Below are positions 1 to 12,132 of a DNA stretch of 64,000 bases, one piece after another. The position numbers were made by a program, and so were the translations under genes. This DNA comes from Convolutriloba macropyga (lineage: Eukaryota), in the NCBI RefSeq assembly GCF_964194025.1, contig NC_134473.1, forward strand, positions 27,404,001 through 27,468,000. Reading direction: 5' to 3'. Under the pieces are notes generated by a model, which ran no database searches, was not told where the DNA came from, and saw only the letters and a list, made by a program, of their open reading frames with translations. Within the stretch, counting starts at the first letter, position 1; each line of letters begins with the position of its first letter.

Positions 1-2287
1 GTATAGCTTGAATTTGCGCAGTGTTTTCTGAATGGATGCAAAAATAATTTAGAGACTGCTTCAGAATTTCATTAATCTGAAAGAAACAGTCTGCAATAAG
101 CCATTGAGAGTTTAATTTAGAAGAATAGTGGAAGCATCAGGAGTTGTCAACAAGATAATAATAGAAAACGGTTTTTTTCTTTTTTAAAAAAAAATTGGTT
201 TTTTGTTCTCATCTGGACTATACATTAATTAGCCAACTCTGTAAGTTTTCAATTAAATCTTTTCTCAAATGAACTGTACAATTTGGACTTAGCTTAAGTG
301 ACCTCAGAAATGGACAAATTGCATGTTTTTTCAAGTTGTGTTTGACCTTTCTCTAGAGTAGAAGATATTAAAATGGACAAATACTGCCTATGTTGAATCA
401 ATTAGTCCACATAATTGAGCCCTTAACTAGCACAGAAAACTCTTCAACAAGCTTGAAGTGCAAGCAAAAAGATGAATGAACTATTTCTCTTTCTTGCTAT
501 CTTTTCGTCGTTCTCTCGAAAAATTGTTTGCTATAGTTTTTGAGTACATCAGGAGTATGACACTTTTTTAATTGGTTTCAGTTCCGGGCTGGTAAACCGA
601 TTGAAAAACAAAGATACTACCTTTTTAAATATTAATGTACGTTTTCAAAGAAAGAATGTTTTTCTTTTTTCCTTTTATTAATTCTCAGCTTCTTTTGTTG
701 AAGTTTTCTTGATTTCAATATTAAACATTCATCTGTTTTGGCTGTCTTGACTTTTTCGGCTACAAAAATTTTTAAAAAATTTGAAACTTAAATTAGATAG
801 AGGGAAAGAAAAATCCCGTGAAAAGTAAAAAAAAAATGTTATTTTTTACATCGTTAGAAAGAAAGTTCCCTGTTTTGTGTTTAAACAAATCTTATTTGTT
901 TAATATACATTTTTTAAATATAATCTATTGACCACTTTGTCATAACTAAACCATTAAAATAGTCTGTGTTTTGATCATTAACTTTGTTTTGAAAACTGAA
1001 CGCTGAGATCATGCTAAAAGTTCATAGTCAGTGTTTCTGGTGTAATTAATTTGTATCGCTGTTTTTGCGAGGTTTTAGGCGGGAAGCGACAGCTAACTTT
1101 TATCATAATGACTTGTAGTTTTTGTTAGTTAGTCGTGTCGTCCATCTCCAATTTTTTGCACCCGACAGGTGAATCTTCGCACGCTGAAATGAAAGGAGCA
1201 ATTTTGTTCTTTCTGTATATGTTTTGTTCTTTCTGTCAATATGTTTTTCTCATGATGACTTGTTTCACCCTCTGATAGTGAATTGATTTTTTTTTTCAAA
1301 ACACGCGTGCTTTATCTCACTTATTCGTTCTCACTGACCGAAGTTCGATCGATTGAGGAATACAATCCTAATTTAACTGAATGGAATCTCTTAGTTCTGT
1401 TCTTCGATGACAAAGCAAAACTTGGCTGAAGTGTTTTGAAGCCACGCGTAACGCTTTCATAAGTAAATTTCCTAATATAATTTAATTTGATACATTTTAA
1501 ATTTGATAGAGACAAAGAATGTTTAAGATTTCATGATTTCGTGAATGATCTCACTTTGACGTCAAGCCCTTCTTCAACTCCTGGAAACTAATGGAGGGGG
1601 TCGAAGTCTTGTTACTCTTTGTCAAAGTTGCTTACCGCCGCTGTGGACCTTCTGCAATTGTTGGGCCAAATTAAGAAATATTTCCTGTCGGATGAAAAAA
1701 GCTGTTGCTTGATTAGTTTCAAATATTATGTGAAATAGCTGATGACGAATGTTGTCAAATTGATGATTACTATGATCACCCGTATTATGAAAATGTAACC
1801 ACCGGCTACTCGTCAATCGAGAATTTTTGAATTGCGTTAGTCATTTGAGATAGAGGCATCTCGGTATTGTCGAGGATATTTTCGGATGAGTTTTGCTAAA
1901 CATAAAACATGTTTAACTGAGGACGGTGCCGAGCTGTGGATATGATATTTTACCGAATTCAGCACATTAATTACGATTGGTTCTTTTGTCCCTTACAAGT
2001 TTTGCAAATGCTTTCATCAGATTCGCCGGCGGTAGTCAGTATTTGTTGGAGCTTAGTTTTCTAACTTATTGCCATTAGGTCTGAAACTTGGAAAATTGTT
2101 TACTGTTTTTAATAAGTTTGTTGATGTGACGTAATTTTACTGATAATTATTTTAACATTGCAACCCGAAGGGATGTGCTTTCTTTTGAAATTAAATTTTA
2201 ATTAAGTTCTTTTCTCTCTGAAAGTTGTTTAAATTATGGTGAGATGTGTAGTGATCATCATGGTTTCCAGTTTTCCCTTGATTTACT

Positions 2288-2592
2288 GATAAACAGGTAG
2301 CGCCCAGCGGGCATTGAGTTCTCCTAGAGCCTTTCAGCTCACTAATCTCCAAGTATGCGATTCACAGAAACTGTTTTGGAGACTTATGGTGTGAAAGGCG
2401 GTTGACCCCCACCCCACACACACACACGCGAGCGCACTGTTACCCCAACCCCTATCAGCCCTTCCCGCCGCGCTTACCTGACGCTCCTTCAATTAAGCTA
2501 AAGCTAGCCTCACTAAGCCGTGGCTTGCTACTGATGAAGCCAACCGCTCGCCGGTCGTTTGCGAGCAATTCGCCCGACGGTAGTCGGTTATG
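2288..2592 (+). mobile_element. Short interspersed repeat family B (~300 bp, C-rich core), unclassified
   Basis: GATAAACAGGTRGCGCCCA...CTCCAAGTATGC.ATTCACAGAAAC recurs at 46027-46110 and partly at 12316; the end GAGCAATT...TAGTCGGTTAT recurs at ~14340-14365, ~16855-16885 and ~59465-59492. Confidence 0.7.
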
Positions 2593-3442
2593 TTTCTCTC
2601 AAGCATTATAATATGAGCAAATTACAGACAAAATTTTTAATTTTTGTCTGCTTCCGCTTATCGTGGTTCTTGTTTCATGAATTGTTTACAAATTAAGAAA
2701 TTGCCGTAAAACTGGTTTTCCATTCTTTTAATAAGAGATTAATCGATTACTTTTAAAATGACACCTTCTTAATAAGTCTTAAGCACTTTTTTTTTGCAAA
2801 AGTTGTTGCTTAGAATGCATAAAAGTTACAATTTTTTTAAGCTTTCTTGATAATTTATCGGTTTTTAAATGCTATAAAGAGTCATTTTGTATATTTTGAA
2901 ATGATTTAAAGGTTGCACTGGGATTTTGTTTGAGACAGTTGAAATACTTGTATTCATGTTTTCTTAAATGCTCCTATAACCAGTTGGTTGCAAGTACTTG
3001 GGTCTTGTTCCTTTTTTTACATTGGCTGCTGAACGATTTCTAGAACTATTTCATGTGTTTGCATGATTTTATAAATTCCTATGGAACACTATTGTGATGC
3101 AAATTGTGGTCAATAAAAGGACGTATGTTTGAACAAAAGTTAAGATTGAGTTAAGTTTAAGAGATGTAGGTAATTGTGTGCTGTGCAGAGACAATTACGA
3201 ACATATTTGGTTTCTACATCAGTTTGTTAGCCAAAAGGGGCCGTGATCCACAAACGGTATTGAAATTGGCTTCATCTTTTCCTTTTAATTTTTCCATAAG
3301 AACGAGTCAAGTTAAAGCTCTTAATATTAGCAAGCTAGCTTTATTAAGATTGTTTCGAGATAACCAATTCGTTGCACCTCCAAAACCTAGAGTACGTTAA
3401 AAGTCTTAAAACCTGTTTGCCTTCATCGTTCAAAGTATATGT

Positions 3443-3552
3443 TAGAGTATAGTTCTGGGAAGCCTAAGGCGATTAGAGAGAGCTCAAAGCCGAGGGCGCT
3501 TACGCCCTATGCTGAGCTTGAATTGCCGAAGGCTTCCCTGAACTATACTCTA
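3443..3552. repeat. 110-bp fold-back palindrome (MITE-like hairpin)
   Basis: TAGAGTATAGTTCTGGGAAGCCT pairs with AGGCTTCCCTGAACTATACTCTA (1 mismatch); inner stems AGCTCA/TGAGCT and AGGGCG/CGCCCT. Confidence 0.75.
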
Positions 3553-5071
3553 GCTTATTTAGACCCCAATTTTGCTGTTCAAAACTCAAAGAGAGAATTC
3601 AATTAAAATTTATAGTAATATTGCAATTTTCGTGCAGCGAATCAATCCAACAATTGAATTATCGTTCTACCCAAATATTTTTTTCTGAGTTCCTTGATAT
3701 TATTGTAGCAGCGAATGGATCGCTGAGGTTGTCAGCTGTCTCTGTTGTGTCACTCTCATTGTCACTCTTTATGGTTTTTAGTAAATGAGCAATTTATAAA
3801 AATTCTTTATTGACTCAATTATAGACCTTAAAAAAGTCCTCTTTGCCGAAGTTGTATTTTTTGACTGTTTCCTGTTTTCAATTATCCGCTTTAATTATCT
3901 TTGAAAACTGTATGCTTTGTCTCATGAAAAAAAATTGGGCTTTCAAAAAAATTTTCCAAGAAACCTGCCTTAAGGCTTCCAAGAATTTTGTTGTTGATTG
4001 CTCATTTTATACCATTTTGTAAGGTTGAACTCTTCGAGACAAGTGTGAAAAGTGAGCGAGAAACTGATTAAGTTCAAAGTCTAGTGTGATATGAAACATC
4101 AAATCTTGAAAAAAAAGTGGGACGCTTGAAAAAGTATGAAATAATGACTCCTTGCTTGATCAACTTTCAAAATTAGTCGAGCCTAACTTTATTGTTGATT
4201 TTCTTTAACAGCGAAATTGAGGTCTAATTGTTTTTTGTTAACGTACCTTTAAATGGTCTTATGAACAGTTTTTGGCAGTTATTTGAGGGATTTTCGTCTT
4301 TCCTTGGCTGGTGTCTGACTTCGGAAACTTTTTGATTTGTTTGATTGATTTTATAATTTTTGGAACACTATTATGATTAAAATGCATAGATTGCAAGTGT
4401 ATGTAGTGCTTTAAATCAACTGTTGCTTAGTGTATGTCGTTATTTTAGGTCTATACTTCTTTAGTTTGCGGTTCATGGACATTGTTTCGTGTCGTGGGTT
4501 TTTATTTAAACTTTTTTTTGCCTAATTTGTTTCCTTGTAATGGCTCGCAAATACAGTAAAGCGTCAAAGGAAAAGTGTGATGAAGGTTTCATTACACAGT
4601 TTAAATTAGCTACGCTGTATGTTCTGTAGTGAACGTATCCAAGTGAGGTTGGAATCTCTTCGCCAATTTAATGAGACATAGCTGGGGCCTCTGAGGCCCC
4701 TGTCATTTTAATACCGCGTGGTTATACTTGTTTTTGTTCTAGTATCTGGCTGTAGCACAAAATATTACCGTGCGTGGCAAAATGTGAGAGCTCCCTATTT
4801 TTTATCAGGGTGTCTGTATACACTAATTGTTAGTTAGGAATGTCAAAGACCTACATTTTGTGTGAACAAAATGTGAGGCCGGATTTTATGATTTGCGATG
4901 GAGAGCATTGAAGCATTCATGGTGTGTTTGGACCGTTTCGTTCGATTTAGTTCCTCATGTTACCAAGTTAACTTGTTGTGACAATAGTAACAAGTAAAAA
5001 CTATTAAGTTCTAATTGAATGGTTCTATTTTCAGCATTGAATTTGTTTGAATCATTCCTCCGTTTTGCATC

Positions 5072-5131
5072 ATGACGCTAAGTTACAACTACCACAGACA
5101 GCAACATATCCTCAACTTCAATCATTCTTGA
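5072..5131 (+). promoter_or_regulatory. Upstream ORF (19 aa) in the XPO7 5' leader
   Basis: ATG 5072 to TGA 5129-5131, between the acceptor AG at 5033-34 and the main ATG at 5194. Confidence 0.4.
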
Positions 5132-5193
5132 AGCCATTAGTACTAATTGAAGACACATTGAAGCATCTGAAAAAGGAGCACAGATTGGTAATC

Positions 5194-6452
5194 ATGAACG
5201 CAAATTCAACCAATCAGATTTCGATGATCGAAAGCTGTTGCATGGCGTTGTATGAGTCGCATACGGAACCGGAGCGACGTAAAGCCGAGGAAACGTTGAA
5301 AGAGTTCTTCGAGAATGACCAACAGAACTCAGTTTCGCGATGCCACATGGTTATGGAGAACTCTGCCTCACCTTATGCCCAATTGTTGAGTGCCAATGCT
5401 CTCGCGAAATTCGTCAGTAAACCATCCAGTCAAATGAGTTTGGATGAGAAGATTTGGCTGAGAAATTTTGTTCTTGCAAATACATATACAAGATCTAAGA
5501 TGCCTGTGTATGTCACGCAAGCTTACACGCAACTTTTTGCTAAGATTACAAAGTTTAATTGGAACGAAGAGCAAAATAACAAATTTGTGTTCCGGAATGT
5601 TCTTGAAGATGTTAAAAAGTTTCTAAGTGGAGACTTGACACATTGTATACTAGGAATTGAAATTTTGAATTCTTTGGTTGACGAAATGAATCATTATGAG
5701 CCTTCAAGACGACTTAACGAGCATCGCAAAATTACAAATTCATTTCGTGATTCGTGTTTGATGGATGTTTTTACGCTGTCACGAGATCTATTACGTGACG
5801 CTTTAGATAATGGAATTGACCCTTCGGATTTACAGCAATGCCAATTAATGGAAAAATTAGTAAAATTAAGCCATAGTTGTCTTTCCTTTGATTTCACTGG
5901 AAATTATCTAGATGACGCTACAGATGAAATGTGTACAGTACAAATTCCTGGCTCTTGGCGAGACTTATTTGTCAACTTCAAAACTATGAATCTATTTTTT
6001 GAACTCTATCAACGTTTGCCATCAAATAACTGCTCCACTGTTGTATCTTGTTTATCTCAAATGGCGGCTATAAGAAGATCTTTATTCACTAACACGGAAC
6101 GGACAGATTATTTCCACAATTTACTAGCCGGTGTGAAAACAATGCTTGAAAATATTGATCACTTGTCCGACTCAAAGACGTATCACGAGTTCTGCAAATT
6201 GTTGGCTCGTTTGAGGGCCATCTACCAGTTAACAGAGTTTGTGAAAGCTCCCTGTTGGGCTGACTTTGTCAGACTTTTAGCCCAGTTTACTGTCAATAGT
6301 CTTCGGTTTGTCGAGTGTCCGGCCAACAGTTTGCACTATGTTCTCAGTACGTGGCACAAGCTGGTGGCTTCGGTGCCCTACATGCGTTCCAATGAACCCC
6401 ACTTTTTGGAAAAGTATGCGCCTGAGGTGACCATTGCCTACATTACCACTCG
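5194..6452 (+). CDS. XPO7: Exportin-7 (RanBP16) exon 1
   Basis: MNANSTNQISMIESCCMALYES...HRKITNSFRD...TVQIPGSWR...AAIRRSLF...YHEFCKLLARL match the XPO7 family; in-frame stop at 5038 upstream; donor CG|GTTAGT, phase 2. Confidence 0.95.
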
Positions 6453-6525
6453 GTTAGTTTCTTAAACAGAATTCTTAGCACTGTTGAGTCGTATACGGAA
6501 TTAATATTTGTCGTATCGACTTCTC

Positions 6526-6688
6526 GGATCTATTCTGTTTTGCCCCCCCAGTGTTTTTTTACGCCCACAGTTACAAATTATATGTTGTTATATAGCACAT
6601 TACTATGTAAGAAAATAGCATGTGCTCCTGGGGGCGTAAAAATATAAGCCCACTAAGTGGGGGGTGGGGGGCAAAACAGAATAAATTC
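6526..6688. mobile_element. MITE (GGATC...GATCC-type TIRs, 8-bp TSD GACTTCTC); right end duplicated at 6697-6754
   Basis: TIRs GGATCTATTCTGTTTTGCCCCCC and GGGGGGCAAAACAGAATAAATYC; GACTTCTC at 6518, 6689 and 6747. Confidence 0.8.
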
Positions 6689-7224
6689 GACTTCTCGGCG
6701 TAAAATTATAAGCTCCCTAAGATGGGGGGCAAAACAGAATAAATCCGACTTCTCGATTGAGATGAGGCAGACATTAGTTTCAGTAGAGCTTAAAAATTTC
6801 AGGAGCAAAAAGTTTTATTACGAAACTTTCAAGATTTCTGATTTCTTAGAACAATTGGCAGAGCGGGAATTAAAGCTTTCAGTTTATGATTGACAAGTGG
6901 GATTTTTATATTCTCTAAGGAAATAACTCAATCAGAGAAAAAGTGGTTACTCAAATTGTTAAGAAAGATCGTCCTTCTCCAGAGCTTTCTCCACTATCAG
7001 CACGTACTACAATGATCATTTGCAAAAAAGTGCCGAAGCAAGGTAAAAACAAGAGCAGTTTTAAGTGTTCGGTGATCCTTTAACAATTGTTGTTGAGGGT
7101 TGATAGCACAAAAAGAAACTTAGGAGTCAAATTTAAAGAGGTTTTGAACAGGATTGCTGAAGTTAATTTCATTGATACGTATTGTTTGCCCGAAAAATGA
7201 GATTGAGAATGTAAACTAGAGAAA

Positions 7225-7340
7225 GTTTGTTTGTTTGTTTGCGTTGCTTTGCTTTGTTTGTATGTTGGTTTGTTTTTGTTTGTTTGTTTCCTTTTTTGTT
7301 TGTTTCTTTGTTTCTTTGCTTTGTTTGCTGTTTGGGTTTA
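7225..7340. repeat. Degenerate (GTTT)n microsatellite
   Basis: Directly visible. Confidence 0.85.
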
Positions 7341-7344
7341 TTTA

Positions 7345-8685
7345 TAGGTTACTGCATGGTTTCTGGTGTCAATGAAATAGGTTTCAACATTTTTGCAATT
7401 TTAAGTTTTTCTAAATTTATTGTCTTTTCACTTTTTTCGCCTCAGCGGCCGCGCAAGTTGCTTTAGGGTTTGATAGTATGTTACTGCATCATTTCTAGAG
7501 GCAGTGGTTTGGTTTTTAAATTTTAGCACGAAGTTTTGAAATATTTTAATAAAGTTTGATTTTTCAAATTTTCTGAACTTTATAATCATATTCTAAATTT
7601 GTCAATCTTTATGAGCCACTGAAGCTATTTAAGGCTTGAAGTAGGGATACTGGGTAGTCTCTGGAGACAATGAAATGGTTCTGAAGATATTAATATCTTG
7701 AGTTTTGTTAAAATTTTGATTTGTCCATAAATTTTTCAAAAGTTTTTGTCATTTTCTGAGTTTAGCGATCTTTGCTGGGCGAATCGTTTTTATGTCTTGC
7801 AGATGGGCAACTTGACAGAACGGCAAGAACAGAAAAATGGTTTTGAACATTTTTGTTCTGCGAAAATTAGAAATTTTCTTTAAATTTTGCACTTCTCAGT
7901 TTTTTTGAAGCATGTGTCATAGTTGTCGAGTTTTTCTACCTTAAGTGGCAAATAGATCTATTTCAACGCTTGTGCTTGAGTAAATGAGTTTTTGCATTGT
8001 ATCATATTTGTTTTTCAGGTTAGAAGCTTCGAGAGTTTTAGCAATCATTTTTTGTTTAAGTTTGTTCGAATATTTTAGTTTCACAACTACTATTTTGTCT
8101 TTTTTGCTGGGATTGTTTAATTGTTCGTTTTGTCTGGTACATTAGTTCTGTTTTTCATTCAGTTTTTGGAGTGTATTCCAGGACTTTTCCTGCTATGTTT
8201 TTTTTTTTCAAATGGTCCCCATCGATTATTCTTGCTACCGCTGACTTCTTCAATTTCCGTGACTTCTACTGCTTTGCAGTTAAAATTTATGTGCGTGACA
8301 TCATCTACTTTTAGGTTAATTGCGTGACTGACTTCACTAAAAAAATGACTGAACTCACTAAATGAACTTTAATTTTTTTGAAGTTTTTACTAGTCAAAGA
8401 TCAATAGTGTGCATCTAAGTAGTGCCAAACGTATATGCACTAATTCTTGAGTATTAGATTCTTGAGTTTTTGATTTAGAATATTACTTTTGAAAAAGCTC
8501 TTAGGGTTTTTTCCCTATAGAGCGTATGTGTCTCATAAAAATGACAGTCCAAATCTAATCAAAAAGTCATGTGGTCTATTAAAAGACTGGTGGTCAATCT
8601 GTATATTATTTCTTTAGCTGTTTCAATTCCATGGAAGGCCACAAGCGTCTATCGCGGCTGTTTTGCGGCAATTGGCGGCTATATT
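7345..8685 (+). mobile_element. Non-autonomous Helentron-like (HINE) copy; 5' boundary approximate
   Basis: Shares internal modules with 12690-13700; ends GGAAGGCCACAAGCGTCTATCGCGGCTGTTTTGCGGCAATTGGCGGCTATATT. Confidence 0.65.
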
Positions 8686-9156
8686 CAACAGTTTTAATTC
8701 TGTTTGTTTTTCATGCTGAATTGTTTCCTTTATGCACGTTTAGTCTGTTGACGAGTTTGAGATGAAAATGTTTCGATTTCGTTCTCGCAGGCGTTTCCCG
8801 GAACAAATTTTGACCCCGAACAAATTTAATAGGGGAAAGACATGAATAGAGAAGACTCATTACAAAACGGTTTTTCACGGGATGTTGTCTCGAAGTCTCA
8901 ATTTATTTTCAACTCAGCAGTCAGTAACAACTGAAAATGTTGTGCTCTCAAGCAGAAATTGATTCTAGTCAGTATTCATGACGATTAAAAGTTGACTAAA
9001 AAATTTTTTCATCATTTCAAAAAAAAGTAGAGCATGTAAAATATTGTATTTTATTCACATGGTTGGTGGGAAAGTTTGGATTATCATAAATTTTTCCTGC
9101 ATACTCGTGGACACCTAATAGAAGCAGGTTTTGAATTAATTGTTGTGATTGCGTAG

Positions 9157-9277
9157 GTTGGAGCAAGTGCCTTTGCTTATGCGTGATGAGACGTTGAGCA
9201 ATGCCTTGAGTGACCAAACCATTTTGCAGCAACAGTTGGAGCAGGTGGCGATCGTAGCAAGGTGCACATACAAAAAG
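9157..9277 (+). CDS. XPO7: Exportin-7 exon 2 (missed by the ORF track)
   Basis: tag|G TTG GAG gives RLEQVPLLMRDETLSNALSDQTILQQQLEQVAIVARCTYKK|gtactt; phases 2 and 0 fit the neighbouring exons. Confidence 0.93.
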
Positions 9278-9486
9278 GTACTTATCACCTCATCCTCTTA
9301 TCATCACTCTCAGTGTTAGTTGCAATTACTGATGTCAGTATTTTATAGTCATGTTATATATTGTTCTATATCATAATCATCAATCATGCGTCTAAATCAA
9401 TGTTGAAATTTTACGCGACCGACAGTTTTTGTCATCTGAATATGGATTGTTGCTGTTACTGAGAAATTTTCTATGTTGCTCTTTAG

Positions 9487-10358
9487 GTGGCTGAAATGAT
9501 TATACATCTTTACGAGCAAGCTAGCAGTGAATACCAACAAGCAGCTGATATGAACGCGTTGAGGGTCAACCAGTACAAATTATGTTGGCTCGTATACATC
9601 ATAGGAGCTGTGGTTGGAGCGAGAATGACTGCTAGTTGCCAGGAAGATAATGAATCACACGACGCGCAACTAATCTGCAGAGTTCTTTTGCTTGTCCGCC
9701 ACTTAGAAGCACAACCGGTCGAAAAAACGTTGGACCACCTTGAAATTGCAATCATCTCCTTTTTTGACCAGTTTAGACGCATCTACATTGGCGAGCAAAT
9801 GCAAAAGATGTCCTACGTTTACATAACACTTTCGGAAGTAATGGGATTGAAAGATGAAACGATGATTTTAGAGTTGATTGTGAACAAAATCCTGAACAAC
9901 CTGAAACTCTGGTCCTCGAACAGTATTATTCTATCACAGACGCTGCAGCTTTTGAGTGACCTTTCATTAACCTACAGTGGGTTGAGAAAACTAGCCAAGC
10001 TGGAACCGGTACAGACTTTACTTAGAAATCACTCTGGCGAGGTTCTGCCGTTTTTGAGCCTAGACAATCACGGAATATCTGAAGATGATTTACGACACCG
10101 AACCACATTTTATACTTCGTTAACAAGGTTACTTCTCGTTGACCTTTGTGACGATGATGACAGATTTGAGGAGTTTTTGCAACCTCTGACAGTAGCGCTG
10201 GATTCTTTGGCGCAACATTTCATGAATGGTGCTGTTATAATGAACTCGGAAATTTCGAGGCGAGTCTTCATTGGGGTGTGTCGAGATCTGCGTGGAATCG
10301 TTCTCGCACTCAACACCAAGAATTACTTCCTGATGTTTTTCGAGTGGTTTTATCCAAG
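9487..10358 (+). CDS. XPO7: Exportin-7 exon 3
   Basis: tttag|GTG; WLVYIIGAVVGAR, FFDQFRRIYIGEQ, RTTFYTSLTRLL, IGVCRDLRGI; donor AG|GTTAGC. Confidence 0.95.
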
Positions 10359-10521
10359 GTTAGCGCTCGAAGCTGATATCTGCTCTGAGACTATGCTCGT
10401 GCAATTCTTGAGACTTTTTACAGCGCTTCTTTTGAAGTTTGGAGCGCTCGAACTTCCACTTTGCACCTACAATTGTATTAATTGCATTTTTAGATGTTTT
10501 TTGAGTTGATTCTGTCTCTAG

Positions 10522-10671
10522 GTACTGCCCTATGTTCCACAAGGCAATAGAGGTGTGGTTCACAGATGCCAAAGTGATGAGTCCTGTGCTGAAGCTGTAC
10601 TGCGAGCTGATGCAGAACAGGTTCCAACGTCTCCTATTTGAGACATCTCCTCTCGGCATCCTTCTGTTCAG
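10522..10671 (+). CDS. XPO7: Exportin-7 exon 4
   Basis: ctag|G TAC gives YCPMFHKAIEVWFTDAKVMSPVLKLYCELMQNRFQRLLFETSPLGILLFR|gtgaga. Confidence 0.93.
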
Positions 10672-10999
10672 GTGAGAGAGATGACATTAAACGTGCAACA
10701 TTCTATTGTATGAACTCTAGCGTCAAAAGGAGTGCCAGATATGTTGCTGTTATTTGTTTGACGGAAAAGAATTATTTGGTTTGAGAATTACATTGGAACT
10801 GGCTCTGAATATAGGAATTCGGCATTATATTGTTATTACTTTGTCTCTGATGATCATGTAGCTTTTTGGACTCCATCAACTGGAAAGGCTTTGTTCAAAG
10901 TTATGATATAATTGAGAACTCGCATCTGTTTAGTAATAAATTTTGGAATGATTTAGAATGTTCTGAGATAAAACAAAAAGTTAAAACTTGCTGTTTCAG

Positions 11000-11130
11000 A
11001 GAGTGCAGTTCTCTGTTGGTGAAGTATGGAGAGCGAATGCTGTCGACTGAGGTGCCCAAAGAGAAAGAGTATCCATTGAGACTGAAGGGGATCTGCACCT
11101 CTTTCCACATACTAAAAAACGCACTCTCTG
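11000..11130 (+). CDS. XPO7: Exportin-7 exon 5
   Basis: tttcag|A GAG gives ECSSLLVKYGERMLSTEVPKEKEYPLRLKGICTSFHILKNALS G|gtgagt. Confidence 0.93.
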
Positions 11131-12132
11131 GTGAGTCAACGCTGCTACAAAAGATCCGGCCTATATGTAGCAAATGAGCTCGGAGCTCAATAAGCTTGTG
11201 CAGATTTGTTTAGTGGGAGACTTCATAGTCTGCTTCATAATTGTTTAAATTAGCCAGCATTAGCAAACACCAAGTGCTGTTGGTATTTGGTGCTATTTTA
11301 ATACGGCTTACTAGACTCTAACTGTGATTCACCGAAATTGTTTAAAAGAGATAATTCATGGGGAGAAGGGCGGTTCTGAGGACTTTTACCCCCTCCCACT
11401 TAAAACCCCCCTCAATCAACCAAACCCAATGCTCATCCCGCCACCTCAGTTAAGCTAAGACGTTATTATCTTCCAGTGGGTTGCAAGTACTTAAAACGAA
11501 CTAACTGCTCAAAACGAACTTTTTCCTTTACGGATGAATTTGCTTACATCTGCTGAATTTCTTGCAGTGAGTTCTTACTTTTTTAAAATCTACTTTGTTA
11601 TTCATCTGTGAACTTCGCTTTTGTGATGGTCTAGTCGTATGCACGTTCCAATAGTAAATGACTTCCACCCTAAAATTCTGGGCTTGATTGATTTAAAAAG
11701 TATTTGAAAGAATTTCAAAAAGAAGATGAAAAGAATCGAAAGCTAACGTTAACGTGGGCACTGTTGCTAGAGTGACTTGTGAGATTTCCGTTTGTGCTCA
11801 CATCTTAATGGATGCTTACATATGGCAACACACAGGTGCTCTTGCATTATTGTTATAGAATTATTTATTAGCCGCAAAAGGGTAGCTGGGGCTCTTTTTG
11901 ATCATCTTTCTTTTTACAGTCCAAAGCGTTTTGATTTTATCGGTGTGGTGTCTTTTTTACGACTCGAAGGTGAGGATTGGGATTCTACAGGTTTCAAGTT
12001 TGTTCATGTTGAATCTTGACTTCTTTCTATTCGAACATTTACTTCCGTTTTGAAGGTTGACTTTTGTTTTTGATCATTTGACTTTCACAGTAGATTGGTT
12101 TGTTATATATAGTAATAAACTGCTGGTATTAT

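Noticed and set aside
1-1960. Possible very old minus-strand LINE relic (NNCRRSTAA...QE-like words near 1570-1670)
   Set aside because: Motifs are too fragmentary to support a call without a profile search
4684-4700. Palindrome GGGGCCTC-T-GAGGCCCC
   Set aside because: Too short and isolated to assign; at most a MITE remnant
5047-5193. TTG-initiated 49-aa N-terminal extension of XPO7 in the ORF track
   Set aside because: Prokaryotic-style start; XPO7 similarity begins at ATG 5194
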